DNA of 64,000 nt. Origin: Candidatus Oxydemutatoraceae bacterium. GTDB taxonomy: Bacteria; Pseudomonadota; Gammaproteobacteria; Poriferisulfidales; Oxydemutatoraceae. The number at the start of each line of letters is the position of its first letter. The stretch's first letter is position 1. A model generated the notes under the pieces. The model was not told where the DNA came from and did not search any database. It worked only from the letters and a program-made list of their open reading frames with translations. This document shows positions 43,205 to 58,200 of the stretch, piece by piece. Position numbers and translations under genes: made by a program. The stretch is taken from the NCBI GenBank assembly GCA_965220085.1, contig CBDCOZ010000003.1, positions 1,280,001 to 1,344,000 of the forward strand, given 5' to 3'.

Positions 43205-46200
43205 TTATCGCAGCGGGCCTTCAAGGAAGAGACGCAGGCGCAGTCTGATCCCGGCGCGGGGCTCTGTCACCTCAATCGTCAATTCCCAGTCATCGGATTC
43301 TACCGCCTCCGCGCCGGCAAAGGAAACGCGCACCGCCACGGTGTGTGTCGTTGCCACAGGGCCCAGCGCGGCGGCGGCGGCCAAACGAATCTCGCCGCTG
43401 GCGGAATCTATCGCAAACAGGCCGCCCGCATTATCGCTCAGACTCCACGTCAGGCCGGATGTCACCGGATTATTCGCTTCGTCGCGCGCGACCAGCGCGA
43501 TGCCGGATACCGCCGTCGCGGTCGCGGCGTTCTCGGCGATGCGGTTGTCAGCGCTATTGTCGTCCGCAACCCTCAGCGACTCCAATACATTCGTTACGTT
43601 TATCATCAGAGTATATTCGCCGATGCTGCCGTCGCTTGCGGTCGCCGCCGCCCTCACGCGATGGCCGGCGTCGGTTTCGTAGTCCGGCGCGCGGTCGGCG
43701 GACGTACGGACGACGCCGGCTGTGGTAATCACAAATAAGCCGCTCGCATCGTCTGTCAGTTGCCAGATGATACCGCTCAGCGCGACACCGTTCCTCGTCG
43801 CCGCCAGCGATACGCCCGCAACCGCCGTGTCTGCGCTATTCTCAACGATTGTGTTCGTAGTCGGGTCGGTGTCGCTTACCGTCGGCGCGATAATCGCCTC
43901 GTCAAAATCGATCACCGTGATCATCAAGTCCAGCCGGTTGGAAAGCACGGCGCCTTCCGCCGCTTGTGCCGTAATCGTGTGCGTCGCCGATGTTTCGTAA
44001 TCTAACATGCCGGCCAAGCGTATCGCGCCGCTGTCGGCATCGATTGCAAACAGCCCGTCGGCGTCCTCGGTCAGGCTCCAGGTCAGTCCCGATGTCACCG
44101 GATTATTCGTTTCGTCGGTTGCGACCAGCGTAATACCGCCGAGTAGCGCGCCGACCGGCGTATTCTCGGCAACCGCAATGGTTGCGGTGCTGCGGTTTGC
44201 GATCGTCAGCGACTCCGGCGCATTGTCAATCGCTATCGCTACCTCCAACTCGGCGTAGACCATGTTATCGGTTTCAACTCTTACCCTAACGGTATGCGTT
44301 TGTGTATTTTCGTGATCCTCCACAGACCTTGCGAGCACGATCTCGCCGCTAGCGGAGTCTATTGCAAACAGTCCGTCGGCATCATCTGGCAAACTCCAGG
44401 TCAGCCCCGACGTCACCGGATTATTCGTTTCATCGCTTACAACCAGCATGATGTTGCTCACTGGCGCGCCGACCAGCGTATTCTTGGCAATACGGCTGTC
44501 GGGAACCGCCCCGATGGTGATATCGGGCATAGCCGCGTTGGTAACCGTCAATCTCTTCGGCACATTCCCCACATCCGCCCGCACAGCAAAGGGAGCGGAC
44601 AGATCTCCGTCCCGCTCCGCTCGCACTTGCAACACGTATGTCGGAGTAGTTTCATGATCCAGTTCGGCTCTTGCCAGTGTTATCTCGCCGCTGTCGCGGT
44701 CTATTGCAAACAAGCCGCCCGCATCATCGCTCAGGATCCAAGTCAGGCCGGAGGTCACCGCGCTGTCGCCGTCGTTTGCGATCAGCGTGATGCCGCGCAA
44801 CGGCGCGCCGACCGTCGCGTTCTCGGCAATCGTGTTCGCGGCAGGGTCGGTATCCGCGATCGCCAGTCCGACCGGCGCCGCGGAGCGGCTCGCCTCGCCG
44901 CCATGGACGATGGCCGCAACCGAATAAGCATGCAATGTGCCCGCGACCCGCTCCGTATCCTCGTAAGTCATCACCGCAGTCGCAGTCGTTATCGCGATAC
45001 CGTCGCGATAGACGGCATACGCAATCGCCGGCGGCGATTGCCAATGGCTTGTATCCGGCGCACTCCACGTCAGCACGTTGGCATGGTCGGCGTATGTTAT
45101 CGCCGCATCCCGCGGCCCTTGGCGCAGTTGATAACCGAACTCTTGCCAACTCGGCGTGCCTTCGCCGTCAAAGTCTGTTTTCAGCGCCGGGTACTCGTCC
45201 GCCGCGCCAAAATCCCAGTAATCGATGGAACCGTTCACATCCCACTTGGCATAGATACCGACATGCCCGGTCGGGGACTGCAACTCGGCGGCGGTCTTGG
45301 CGGCGACACCCGCCGCAGAACCGAAGCCGAAAGCAACGCTCTGTCCGGACACGTCGCTATCCCAGTAGACCGCTTCAAAGACGGGATTGCCCCCGGCAAC
45401 CCTGCCGGCAACGCCGCCGTGATTCCCCGGCGCGACCAACGCGGTCGAATACGCATACTCCAGCCGCATATTGCCGCCGACAGAACCCAGCAATCCGCCG
45501 CCCTGTCGTTGCGCATTCACATAACCGGCGGCATACACATGCTCTATGATGATGTTCGCATCGTTATCGCCGCCGCCGCTCAAGCCGCCGCCTGCGGCAT
45601 CGGCGAGCGCGCGACCGGTCGCATAACTCGCGCGCAACACACCGCCGTTGACCGAACCGAGCAACGAGCCGACTTGCTCTGTCCCTTGCGCGGCTACCGT
45701 TGAATAACTCTGCGCAACCGTGCCCCCGGCCAACTCGCCGACCAAGCCGCCGACGGCCGTTCCGCCGCGCACCGAACCGGTGACGCCGACGCCGGTAATC
45801 GTCGCGCCGGCGGCGGAACCGAACAAGCCCTGCGCATCGGCGTCGCGGCGAATGTAAAGGTTCTCGATTACATGACCGTTGCCGTTAAACGCCGCGATAA
45901 AGCGGTTTTCACGCGCGCCGATCGGCATCCAGCCCGCGCCCGCTGTCCACTCCGAGTTCGTGCTTGCGGCATAGCTGCCGCTATCGTTAAAGTCAAGACT
46001 CCGTGTCAATTCATAGCCGTTGCAGCCATGCGCGCAGTTCAGATCAGCGGCGCTATGAGGGAAAGCTGTCTCATAGCGCCGTGAGTCCGCGGATGGGATG
46101 CCATCGCCATCCAAGTCCCAGCGCAGCGCGTCAAGCTGCTCGAGGTTAGTGATTTCAATCAAGCCGTTATCGTCGGTGTCGTAATCGCGCGAGCGGGATA

Positions 46201-49200
46201 CGGCGACGCTGCGAGCCGCCTCGCCGCCGTCGATCACCGCGACGACATGATAGGTGTAATCGCTGCCGATCGCAGCAGTAGTATCGGCATACTCGGCGCG
46301 CGCCTCCGCGACACTTGCCAGCGCGAGGCTATCGCGATATACGGCATAGGCGACAACCGTATCCGCGGCGCAGTGCGTCGTATCCGGCGCGCTCCAACTC
46401 AAGTCTCTGTCGCCGACTCCGCGCACCGTCAGCGCCAAGTCCTCGCGTATCTGACAGCCGAACTCTTGCCAACTCGGTATGCCGTCGCCGTCAAAATCCG
46501 CTTTCAAAGCGGGATATTGTTCGGCGTTGCCGAAATCCCAATTATCGCTGTCGTCCGCGTTCCAGTCGGCGTAGATGCCGCTGTAAGCCGTCGGCGTTTG
46601 CAACTCCGCGCCCGTCTTGCCGGTCGCGCCCGAAGCGGACCCCGAACCGGCCGCGCGCTGTTTGCCGGTGACTTGGGCATCCCAATAGACGACGGCAAAC
46701 GTCGGATTGACGCCGTTGACTTCGCCGGCGATACCGCCGCTCGTCGCCGCCGCGGAGTTGATCAATGACGCGGCATAGCTATATTTGATCTGTAGCGCCC
46801 CCATGTTGCCAATCAGGCCGCCCGCTGCCCGTTGCGCGTTCACGTATCCCGTCGCATAGACATACTCAACGGTCGTATTCGCGCTGTTGCCGCTGCCGCC
46901 GATGAGACCGCCGGCGACCGCAGTGGCGCTGGTATTGCCGCTGGCATAGCTGGCAAGAACCGCTCCGCCGTCGGCGTAGCCGACCAAGGGAGCGACCGCC
47001 TCGCCGCCGCGCGCCGATACTGCCGAGTAACTGTTCGTGACGATGCCGCCGGATAATTCGCCGACCAGTCCGCCGCTTTGATCGCCGCCAGCGACCGATC
47101 CCGTTATGCCGATATTGGACACTGTCGCACTGCTGTTGATGCTGCCAAACAGACCCTGACGATCCGCGGCGCGATCGATGCGGAGGTTATCGATGCGGCG
47201 ACCCTTGCCGTCAAATACCGCCGCATACCGGTCTTCCCGGGCGCCGATCGGCAGCCAACCCGCGCCCGTCGACCGCTTGGCGCTATCGCTGTCCGGCGCA
47301 TAGCTGTTCGCATCCGCAAAATCCAGATCCCGGGTCAATTCATAACCGCCGCAACCGCTCGGGCACCCCTTGCCGCCGGAAGATTTCGGGAAGGCGATCA
47401 GATAGTGGCTCCGGTTCTCGGTGCTGGCATGGCCGTCGCCATCGGTATCCCAGCGTATCGCATTCAGTTGATCCAGATTGGAAATATCAAGCAGGTTATC
47501 GTCATCCCGGTCATAATCTATCGTTGCCAATGTCTCAACGTGACGGCTCGCTTCGCCGCCGTTGACGACGGCGGCAATATGGTAGGTGTGCGCGATACCG
47601 CCGACGCTCGTCTCATCGAGATAACGCGCTTCGGCTATGCCGCCCGGCGCGGTCAGACGTATCCCGTCGCGGTAGACCGCATACCCGACCGTCGGCGGCG
47701 TCGCGCAGTGAGACACATCGGGCGCGTCCCAAGTCAGTTTTACCGCAGCGCCGACAAGGTAATGCACCGCGTTTTGCGGCGGCTCGCGCAACTGGCAGCC
47801 AAACTCCCGCCAACTCGCCTCGCCGTCGTTGTTGAAATCGACCTTCAATGCCGGGTATTGATTGTTGCTGCCAAAATCCCAATAGTCGGCGCCGTCCGCA
47901 TTCCAGTTGGCATAGATGCCGGCATAGGTCGTCGGCGCTTGCAGTTCGCTGATGGACTTGTCGCCGCCTTCATAGCCGGGGCCGAGCACATGCAGACCGA
48001 TCGGATTGTCTCTGCCCGATGCCCCGGCATCCCAATACACGGCGGTCAGCGCATCGCTCCTGAGCGCATTAAAGCCGATAAGTCCCCCGCTTTCTATCGG
48101 GTCGGGGTGAATCAAAGCGGCGCTATAACCGTATTTGAGTTGCGCCGACTGCAAACTGCCGATCAGTCCGCCGGCCCACCTGTTGAAAGTCGCCATCGTC
48201 GCATCTACAAAACCGGTCGCATACACATGCGCTATCTCGCTGTCGTTGCCGCCGCCGCTGTCATCCGCGCGTCCGATCAAGCCGCCGGCGCGACCGTTGG
48301 CATGGGTATTGCCCGTCGCATAACTCGCGCGAATGACGCTGCGCTTTGCGCTTCCGAGCAGAGAGCCGATAGAGCGGTCGCCCAGCGCCGTCACCGCCGA
48401 ATAGCTGTCCCTGACCGCGCCGTCGCTCAGTTCGCCAATCAGGCCGCCGACCCGATCGCCCGATGCGCTCAAACTCGACGCGCTCGCATCCACCGTGCCG
48501 GTCACGCCGACATTGCGCACTGTGCCGCCGACGACTGCGCCGAACAAACCCTGACGGTCGGCTTCGCGATCGATGGAAAGGTTGGCGATTACGTTGCCAT
48601 TGCCGTTGAAGATCGCCGTGAAAGGCGCGGCTTCGCTGCCGATAGCAACCCAGCCCTCGGCGCTTCCGGCGCTGGCGGCGCGCAAATCCAAATCGTTGAT
48701 CAATTCGTAGCCGGCGCAGGTTCCGACGCAACCCATATTGGTCGCGGCATCGACAAACCGCGTGACATACTCTTGCGTGCTCGCCGACGGCGCGCCGTCG
48801 CCGTCCAAATCCCAACGTATCGCAGCGAGTTGCTCCGCGGTGGCGACCTCAATCAAACCGTCGTCGTCGCTGTCATAGTCCCGCGCCATAGAGACAGCGA
48901 CGCCGCGTACCGCTTCGCCGCCATGGACAACCGCCGCCACATGATAGGCATATGTGTCGTCGATCACGGCGGCGGTATCGGCGTAAGTCGTCTCGGCGAT
49001 GCCTTCGCCCGCGGTCAAAGCCGCGCCGTCACGGTAAACGGCGTAGGTAACCGCTTGCGGCAACGCGCAGTGGTCGGTATCGGGCGCGCTCCAATTCAAG
49101 GTTCTTGAGGTTCCGGCGCCGCTCGCCGTCACGACCGGCGCGCTGCGCGCTTGGCAACCGAATTCCCGCCAACTCGCGGCGCCGTCGCCGTCAAAATCAA

Positions 49201-52200
49201 CTTTCAGCGCGGGGTACTGATCGGAAGCGCCAAAGTCCCAGTAGTCGCTATTGTCCGTATTCCAGTTCTTGTAGATGCCGGTGTACGTCGTCGGCATCCG
49301 CAATTCAAAGCTCGTCTTGCCGTCGATACCGGAATCGGAACCGGCGCCGACACCGTTTTGCTTGCCCGAAGTTTCGCGGTCCCAATAGATATCGGCAAAT
49401 GCGGCGTGGCTGTTCTCGCCGACGACACCGCCGGCCATCGTCGCCGCGCTGTCGATCAAGGCTGTGGAATACGCGTAACTTATTTGCCCGGCACTGGTAT
49501 CGCCAATCAAACCGCCCAACACTTCGCCGCTGTTATTGACGCCGCTCACATAGCCGGTGGCATAGGCATGCTCTGCCGTGCCTCCGAGGGCGGCGATACG
49601 ACCGATCAAACCGCCCGCCCGGTTCGCAGCCGCCGCGTTGCCGGTCGCATAACTGCGACGCACCGCAGCCGCCCTGACCCTGCCAGCCAAAGAACCGACC
49701 TCGGAGCGTCCGCGTACCGCGACCGCCGAATAGCTGTTCTCTATCGCGCTATCGGTTCGCAGCAGACCGACCAAACCGCCGACAACATCGTTGCCGACGA
49801 CCGCGCCGGTGACACCGAGGTTGCCGATGCGCGCCGGCGTCTCGATCGCGCCGAACAAACCTTGTGCGGTTGCGTCGCGGTCGATATGCAGGTTATAGAT
49901 CGTATGACCGTTGCCGTCGAACGTCGCCGCAAACCTGTCGCCGGCGGCGGGCGCGCCAATCGGCGCCCAACCCTCGCCCGTGGTCCACGCGCTGCTGACG
50001 TTGCCGGTCACATAGCTGGCAAAGTCGTCAAAGTCCAGATTCCTCATCAACTCATAACCGCTGCAACCGCCGGGGCAACCCATGTCATCGGCGGGATCGG
50101 GAAAGACGGCGGCATACGTCGCGCTGCTGTCCGTTGCCGGAACGCCGTCGCCACCCAAATCCCAACGCACCGCGTCCAGTTGCTCCAGACTGTCGATCTC
50201 GATCAAGCCGTCGTCGTCGTCGTCGTAATCGACTATCCTTGAGCGGATGCTTTGGCGCGCGGCTTCCCCGCCGTCGATGACTGCCGCAAGGTGATAGACA
50301 TATTCGGTGTCGGCGCTGCGTTGCGCATCGACATAACTCGTCGCGGTCCATTCGCCGGCGGCTGTCAGCGCTTCGCCGTCGCGGTAGACGTTATAGGAAA
50401 CGCTTGTGTTCGCCTTGCAGTGAGACACATCGGGCGCACTCCAGGCCAAGGTCCTGACATCGCCGGTGCCGCGCGCCGCCAATATCGGTTTTTCGCGCAC
50501 CTGACAGCCGAACTCTTGCCAACTCGCTTCGCCGTCGTTGTTGAAATCGATCTTCAACGCCGGATACTGCTTGCTGCTGCCGAAATCCCAATAGTCGCCG
50601 CCATCCGTATTCCAGTCGGCATAGATGCCGACATATCCCGGCGGCGACCGCAACTCGGCGCTGCTCTTGCCGTCGATGCCGTCGATCGCTCGGTCCGCCG
50701 CATTGTCCCGGCCCGAGGTCTCAAGATCCCAATACACGGATGCGAATACGCTGTCCGAACCGGCGACGCCGACCGCGCCGCCGCTGCGTGGCAAGTCGGG
50801 GACGACCAGCGCCGTGGCGTAAGCGTAGCCGATCCGCGCGCCGCCGGCATCGCCAATCAAGCCGCCGCCTTTTCTGTTTGCATTGTCGCCGTTTATATCC
50901 ACGCGCCCGGTCGCATACGCATGTTCCAGCGAGGTGCTGGCGTTGGAAACAAAGCCGAGCAGACCGCCGACCTGATTGCTCGCGGATACGTTGCCGGTGG
51001 CATAGCTTGTGCGCAACGCTATGTTGGCGACATAACCGACGATACCGCCGGCAAAACCGTTTGCCCGCACCGACACCGCGGAGTAACTGTTCGCAATCGC
51101 GCCGCCCTCCAAACTGCCGACCACGCCGCCGACCCGATTGCCGGCCCTGGCGATCGCGCCGGTCACGCCGATGTTCGCAATCGTTGCGCCGCGGGCATCG
51201 CCGAACAAGCCTTGTCTTTCCGCGTTGGTGTCGATGCCGAGGTTATAAACCGTATGGCCGTTGCCGTTGAACGCGGTCGCGAAAACATTGGTGAGATTGC
51301 CGATTGGATCCCAGCCATCCGCCCATGCCGAATTGACCGCGCCGCTCGCATAGTCGGCGGGGTTGTCAAAATCCAGATCGCGCGTCAGTTCATAGCCGCC
51401 GCAAACCCCCGGGCAACCGACCGTGCCGACGGTGTTCGGGAAGGCCGCGGCATAATCCGCCGCATGGTCCGCATCATCGGGATTGCCATCGCCGTCCATG
51501 TCCCAGCGCATCGCGTTGAGTTGCTCCAATGTGCCGATCCCGATCAAACCATCGTCGTCGATGTCGTAATCCCGCCCCGATACGATGACACTGCGGCTCG
51601 CTTCGCCGCCGTTGATGACCGCCGCAACATGGTAGGCGTATATCGTGTCGGCATCCGCGGTTACGTCGGCGTAGGAAGATGTCTCTATGCCGTCGGCGAG
51701 CACGATGCCGTCGCGGTATACGGCATAGGTAATCGTCGGCGTGGAAGCCCAATGAGAGAGCTCAGGCTCCGACCAATCCAGCGTTCTGGATGTGAGCTGA
51801 TAGCCCACGGTCAAATCTGCCGGGCCCTCGCGCAACTGGCAGCCGAACTCCTGCCAACTCGCCTCCCCGTAGCCGTCAAAATCTGTTTTCAGCGCCGGGT
51901 ATTGTTCGGAAGTTCCAAAATCCCAGTGGTCGCTATCGCTTGTGTTCCAATTCTCATAGATGCCGGTATAGGTCGTTGGCATCTGTAATTCGGCGCTCGT
52001 CCATCCGCTGATGCCATCATCAGAGCCGTCGCCGACGCCGTTGTTCTTGGCCGAGGTCTCGCGGTCCCAATAGACATCGGTGAACGTCGCATTGACATTC
52101 TCACCGACGAAGCCGCCGCTCATCGACGCTATGGAGTCAAGCAATGCGGTGGAATAACCATAGTTGATCTGTCCCGCACCGGCATTGCCGAGCAAACCGC

Positions 52201-55200
52201 CCGACGATTCGCTGTTCCGATTGAAGCCGCTCACATACCCGGTCGCATAGACGTGCTCTACAGTGCCGCCGTGCGCAGAAATACGACCGATCAAACCGCC
52301 CGTCCGATTAAAGCCTTCCGCATTCCCGGTCGCATAACTGCGGCGAATCGTACCCGCCCTGAGTCTGCCGACCAAGGAACCGATATCAAAGCGTCCGCGT
52401 ACCGCGACCGTTGAAAAACTGTCCTCTATCACCCCGTCAGTTCGCAACTGACCGGCCAAGCCACCGGAAACCTCTCTGACACGTACCACACCGGTGACAC
52501 CGAGGCGGCTGATGACCGCCGGGGTTTCAACGATACCGAATAAACCTTGTGCAGCCGCATCCCTGTCAATATGCAGGTTATAGATCGTATGGCCGTTGCC
52601 ATTGAAGACCGCGGTAAATTTATTATCGGCGCCACTTCCGCCGATCGGCTCCCAGCCCTCGCCCTGCGTCCAGGCCGTCGTGACCGTGCTGCCCTCGACA
52701 TAACTGCCGACATCGGCAAAATCCAGATCGCCGTTCAGTTCATATCCGCGGCAACCGCTGCCAGCCGGGCAACCCATGCCGGGCAGAGCGGCGTCGGGGA
52801 AAACCAACAGATAGGCGCGGGTGCTTGCCGCCGGAACGCCGTCGCCGTCCAAGTCCCAACGCACGACATTGAGCTGATCCAAACTGCTGATCTCGATCAA
52901 ACCATTGTCGTCGGTATCGTAATCGGTCGATCGTGACACCGCGACACTGCGGCTGGCTTCGCCGCCATGGACCACCGCCGCCACCTGATACACATAGTCA
53001 ACGCCGTCGATCGCGCCGCTGTCCATATATGCCGTATCGCGGATGTCGTCGTCGCGGGTCAGCGCGACACCATCGCGATAGACCGCATAGCCGACGGCCG
53101 GAGCCGGGTCCCAATGCGATGTATCGGGCGCTTGCCAAGCCAGTTTCCTCGGCGCGCCGCTGCCGGTCTCCAAGCGCGACGGGCCTTCGCGCAACTGATA
53201 ACCGAATTCCTGCCAACTCGCTTCGCCGCTGTTGTTGAAATCGATCTTCAATGCCGGATACTGCTTGGCGCCGCCGAAATCCCAATAGTCGCCGCCGTCG
53301 GCATTCCAATTCGCATAGATACCGGCGTAAGTCGTTGCCATCTGTAATTCCATGCTCGTCTTGCCGCCGATACCGGAATCAGAACCGTTGCCGACGCCGT
53401 TGCTCATGGCCGAGGTCTCAACATCCCAATAGACATCGTCGAATGTCGCCGCGTCACTCCTGCCGACGAAACCGCCATGGAAGGTCTTTGCGGGGTACAC
53501 CAAAGCGGTAGAATACGCAGAGCGGATCTGTCCCGCTCTGACACGACCGATTAAGCCGCCGACCGAACTATTGGCGCCGCCGCGCGTACCGTCCGCGTAA
53601 CCAGTCGCATAGACATGTTCCACACTCGCCCCCTCCGAAGCAATGCCGCCTATCAGACCGCCTATCTGGCTAGAGCCTGTCGCGTTGCCGGTCGCATAAC
53701 TTCTGCGAACTATCCCGCCTTGGATGTCACCGACCAAAGAACCGACGCCATGGGTTCCCCGCACCGCGACCGCCGAGTAACTCTCCTCTACGGTGCCGCC
53801 GTCATATATCCGCCCGACCAAACCGCCGGCGGCATCCTGCACTCTGATGGAACCGGTCACACCGACGCGTCGGACTATCGCCGGCGCTTCGATTCCCCCG
53901 AACAAACCTCGCAGGGACGGGGTTCCGCCGCCATACAAGTTATGGATCGTATGACCGTTGCCGTCAAATGTCGTTTCAAACCTGTTGCCGACAAATTTCT
54001 CGCCGATCGGCGGCCAGCCATCGCCTTCTGTCCACGCGGCATTGATCGCGCCGGAAGCATAACTCGCGGGGTCGGCAAAATCCAAGTCCTTGATCAACTC
54101 GTAGCCGCGACAAGCGGAGGTCGCTGTCGACACCGCGGCGGGACAGCCCATGCCGGGCAGCGCGGCGATAAAAGCGCGTTGATATCGCTGCGGCTCAAAC
54201 ATCGGGGGCCCCTCGCTGTCCAAGTCCCAACGCACCGCATCCAACTGTTCCAATGTGGCGATTTCAATCAAACCGTCGTCATCGCGGTCGTAATCTCTTA
54301 TCGGCAACACAAAACCGGCGCTGCGGCTCGCTTCGCCGCCGCCCACGACCGCCGCAACGCGGTAGGTGTTAATGATATCAAGGTCTATCGCCGCGTCGAC
54401 ATAGCTTGTCCGCGCAAGACCGTCCGCCGCGACCGCATCGTTGTGATAGACGACATAGGCGATGATTGGCGCAGACGCCGGCCAATGCGATGTGTCAGGC
54501 GTCGTCCAACTCAGTGTGCGGGAAGCGCCGATGCCGCTCATCGTCAGCGTCGGGCCTTCGCGCAACTGATAGCCGAATTCCTGCCAACTGATGTCCCCGT
54601 CGTTGTTGAAATCGACTTGCAACGCGGGGTATTGTTTGTCGGCGCCGAAATCCCAGTAGTCGGTGTTCTCCGCATTCCAGCTCGCATAGAGATCTTCATA
54701 GTCGGCAAAGGCCTGCAAGAGAACGGTCGGCGCGCCGGCGACACCCGGGGCATAGCCGCCGCTCACCGCTTTGTCCAATTCGCCCGAAGCGTCAACATCC
54801 CAATACACGCTGTCAAAAACCGGGGCGCCCGCGGATGCCCCGCCGCCGATAGCGCCGCTGCGCTTTGCCTCTGCCGGGACGCGCGCGGTAGAGTAACTGT
54901 AACGGAGTCGCACCGCCCCCAGATAACCGATCAGACCGCCGGCGTCGTTGTCCGCGTCACTGACGGCCACGGCCAGTTGACCGGTGGCGTAAGTATGTTC
55001 CACCGTGCTTTCGTTTGAATACGCATAGGCCTCGCCGATCAAACCGCCGACCCCTCGGTGGCCGCGCACATAGCCCGTGGCATAACTCGCGCGCACGGTG
55101 CCTTTGTCATTAAAACCAAGCAACGAACCGACCTCAAATGCCGAATCCAATGCCACCGTGGAATAACTCTCTTCGATCAGACCGCCGTGCAGCTCGGCGA

Positions 55201-58200
55201 CCAAACCGCCCGCCCGCTCCTGGTGTCGGTCGGTCCTTATCGTGCCGCTGACGCCGATGTTTGAGATGACGCCATCCTCGCCGACCGAACCGAACAAGCC
55301 CTGCCGCCCCGCATTGCGCCGGATATGCAGGTTTTCAATCGCATGGCCGTTGCCGTTAAATGTCGTCGCAAACGGATTGCCGCTGTCGCCGATTGGCGGC
55401 CAACCTTCGCCGCTCATCCAGGTATCGGTGCTGCTCAAAACATGGTCGGCGGGGTCGGAAAAATCCAGATTCGTCAACAACTCATAGCCGATGCAACCGC
55501 TTTTCGGGCAGCCCATGCCCTCCGTCGCAATCAAAAATGCGGCCTGATAATTCGCCCGATTGCCCGCGGTCGCAATACCATCGCCGTCCAAATCCCAGCG
55601 CATCGCGTTGAGTTGATCCAGGTTGGCGATGTCTATCAGACCATCGTCGTCAAAGTCATAATCGCGTCCCGACATCGCATAACTGCGGCTTGCTTCGCCG
55701 CCGTCTATGACAGCGGCAACGTGATACGCATAGGAACTGGTCGTATTGGCGGTCATATCGGCATAAGATTCGGCCGATAAATTATAGGCCCCGGCTAACG
55801 CGATGCCGTCGCGGTAAACCCGGTAGCGGATAGGCGGCGCGGCATCCCACTCAGGCGCCGCGGTCGGCGCTTGCCAATTCAGAGATCGGGCGGTATCGCC
55901 ATATGCGACCGATAACGCCGGCGGCCCTTGGCGCAACTGGTAACCGAATTCCTGCCACCTCGCCTCGCCGTTGCCGTCAAAATCAACTTTCAGCGCGGGG
56001 TATTGCGCGGCGCTGCCAAAGTCCCAATGGTCGCCGCCGTCGTTCCAATTGGCATAGATACCGGCATAGTCTGTCGGACTCTGCAACTCGGCAGTCCCTT
56101 TGCCGCCGATGCCGGTGACCGCACCCAACCCGATCGCATCGTTCTTGGCCGAAGTCTCGGTATCCCAATAGACAGCGGTCGCCTCAACCGAAGCCGCAAA
56201 AACACCGCCGACACCGCCGCTCGCGCTGCCTGACGGATGAAGCAGACCGGTGGCATAACTATACTTGACATTCGCATTGCCCAGATTGCCGATCAAACCG
56301 CCGCCGAACTGACTGCTGCCGCCGCGGGTTACGTTCACATAACCGCTCGCATACGTATGTTCAATCGTCCCATTCGCGGAGCCGCTGTCGTCTCTGCCGA
56401 GCAAGCCGCCCGCTTCGGAGTTGGCAAACACATTGCCGGTCGCATAACTCCTGCGGATGGCGGCGCCCGCCCGACTGGCGCCGAGCAAGGAGCCGACATA
56501 AGCCCGGCCTTCGACCGCCACCGCGGAGTAGCTGTCTTCTATCGTGCCGCTCGCGCTATCGCCGATCAGTCCGCCGACATAATTATTGTCGCCCGCGTCG
56601 ATGGATCCGGTGACGCCGACATTGCGCACCACAGCGCCGGCGATCGCGCCGAACAACCCTTGGTAGGGCGCGTTGCGGTCGATGCGCAACCTGCGAAGCG
56701 TATGGCCGTTGCCGTCAAAGGTCGCCGTAAACGCGGCGCTGTCGCCGCCGATCGGCGGCCAACCGGCGCCGCTCGTCCACGCCGTGTTGATACGGCCGCT
56801 GTGATAACTGTCGGCGGCGGCAAAATTCAAATCGCGCGTCAACTCATAACCGATGCACGCATCGTTGACGCAACCCAGACCGGAAATCGCGCTGTGAAAA
56901 GCGCGGTCGTAGTCCGTTTGATCGCCCGCGGCAACGACGCCATTGCCGTCCAAGTCCCAGCGCATCGCGTTGAATTGTTCCAACGTACTCACTTCGATCA
57001 GACCGTTGTCATCGCGGTCATAGTCATACGATTCCGATACGATGGCGCTGCGAATCGCCTCGCCGCCGTAAACGTTCGCGGCGACGTGATAGACGTAGTT
57101 GCGGGTCGCGGTCGTGTTCGTATCGGCGTATTCCGTCAGCGCCGTGTTTTCAATCTCCGGCACGAGGATGCCGTCGCGATAGAGCGCAAACGTGACCATC
57201 GGCGCCGGCGCGCAGTGCGAGGTGTCGGGCATATCCCAAGTAAGAGTTCTGGTTGCATGGACTCCGCTCACTGTCAGCGTCGGCCCCGTGCGTAACTGGC
57301 AACCGAACTCCTGCCAACTCGCCTCACCGTTGCCGTCAAAATCGATCTTCAGCGCCGGGTACTGCTCGGACGTGCCAAAATCCCAGTGGTCGCCATCGCT
57401 TGCATTCCAGCTCGCATAGATGCCGGTGTAGGTCGTCGGCAGTTGTAGTTCGGCGCTCGTCCATCCGCTGATGCCATCATCGGAACCGTCGCCGACACCG
57501 TTGCTATTGGCCGAGGTCTCGCGGTCCCAATAGACATCGGTGAACGTCGCATTGACATTCTCACCGATGACACCGCTGCCCATTGATACTATGGGGTCGA
57601 TCAAAGCGGTGGAATAACCGTAGCCGATCTGTCCCGCCTCGACACGACCGATTAAACCACCTAACAATCTACTGTTACTATCTAAGCCACTTACATACCC
57701 GGTCGCATAGACGTGCTCTACGGTGCCCCCGTGCGTAGAAATACGACCAATCAAACCACCCGTCTGCCTATGCGAATTTATATTCCCGGTTGCATAACTC
57801 GTACGAACCGTGCCCGCCCTGAGTCTGCCGACCAAAGAACCAACTTCGTTGCGTCCGCTCACCGCGACCGTCGAAAAACTGTCCTCTATCACCCCGTCAA
57901 CGCGCACCTGACCGGCCAAGCCGCCGGAAGTATCCTGCCCGTTTACCGCACCGGTGACACCGAGGCGGCTGATGACCGCCGGGGTTTCAACTACACCGAA
58001 CAAACCTTGCAGAGATGCATCCCTGTCTATATGCAGGTTATAGATCGTATGACCGTTGCCAGCGAATGCCGCTACAAATCTATTATCGGCGCCACTGCCG
58101 CCAATCGGCTCCCAACCCTCGCCTTCGCGCCACGCATCATGGACTTTGCCGGTAGCGTAGCTGTCGGGGTCATCAAAATCCAGGCTTTGATCCAATTCAT

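Noticed and set aside
43205-43250. Tail as a purely DNA-level repeat or a known signal (ssrA tag, BAM beta-signal, sortase motif)
   Set aside because: Variation among intact copies is synonymous, and the peptide lacks the terminal AA, terminal aromatic residue or membrane helix those signals need.
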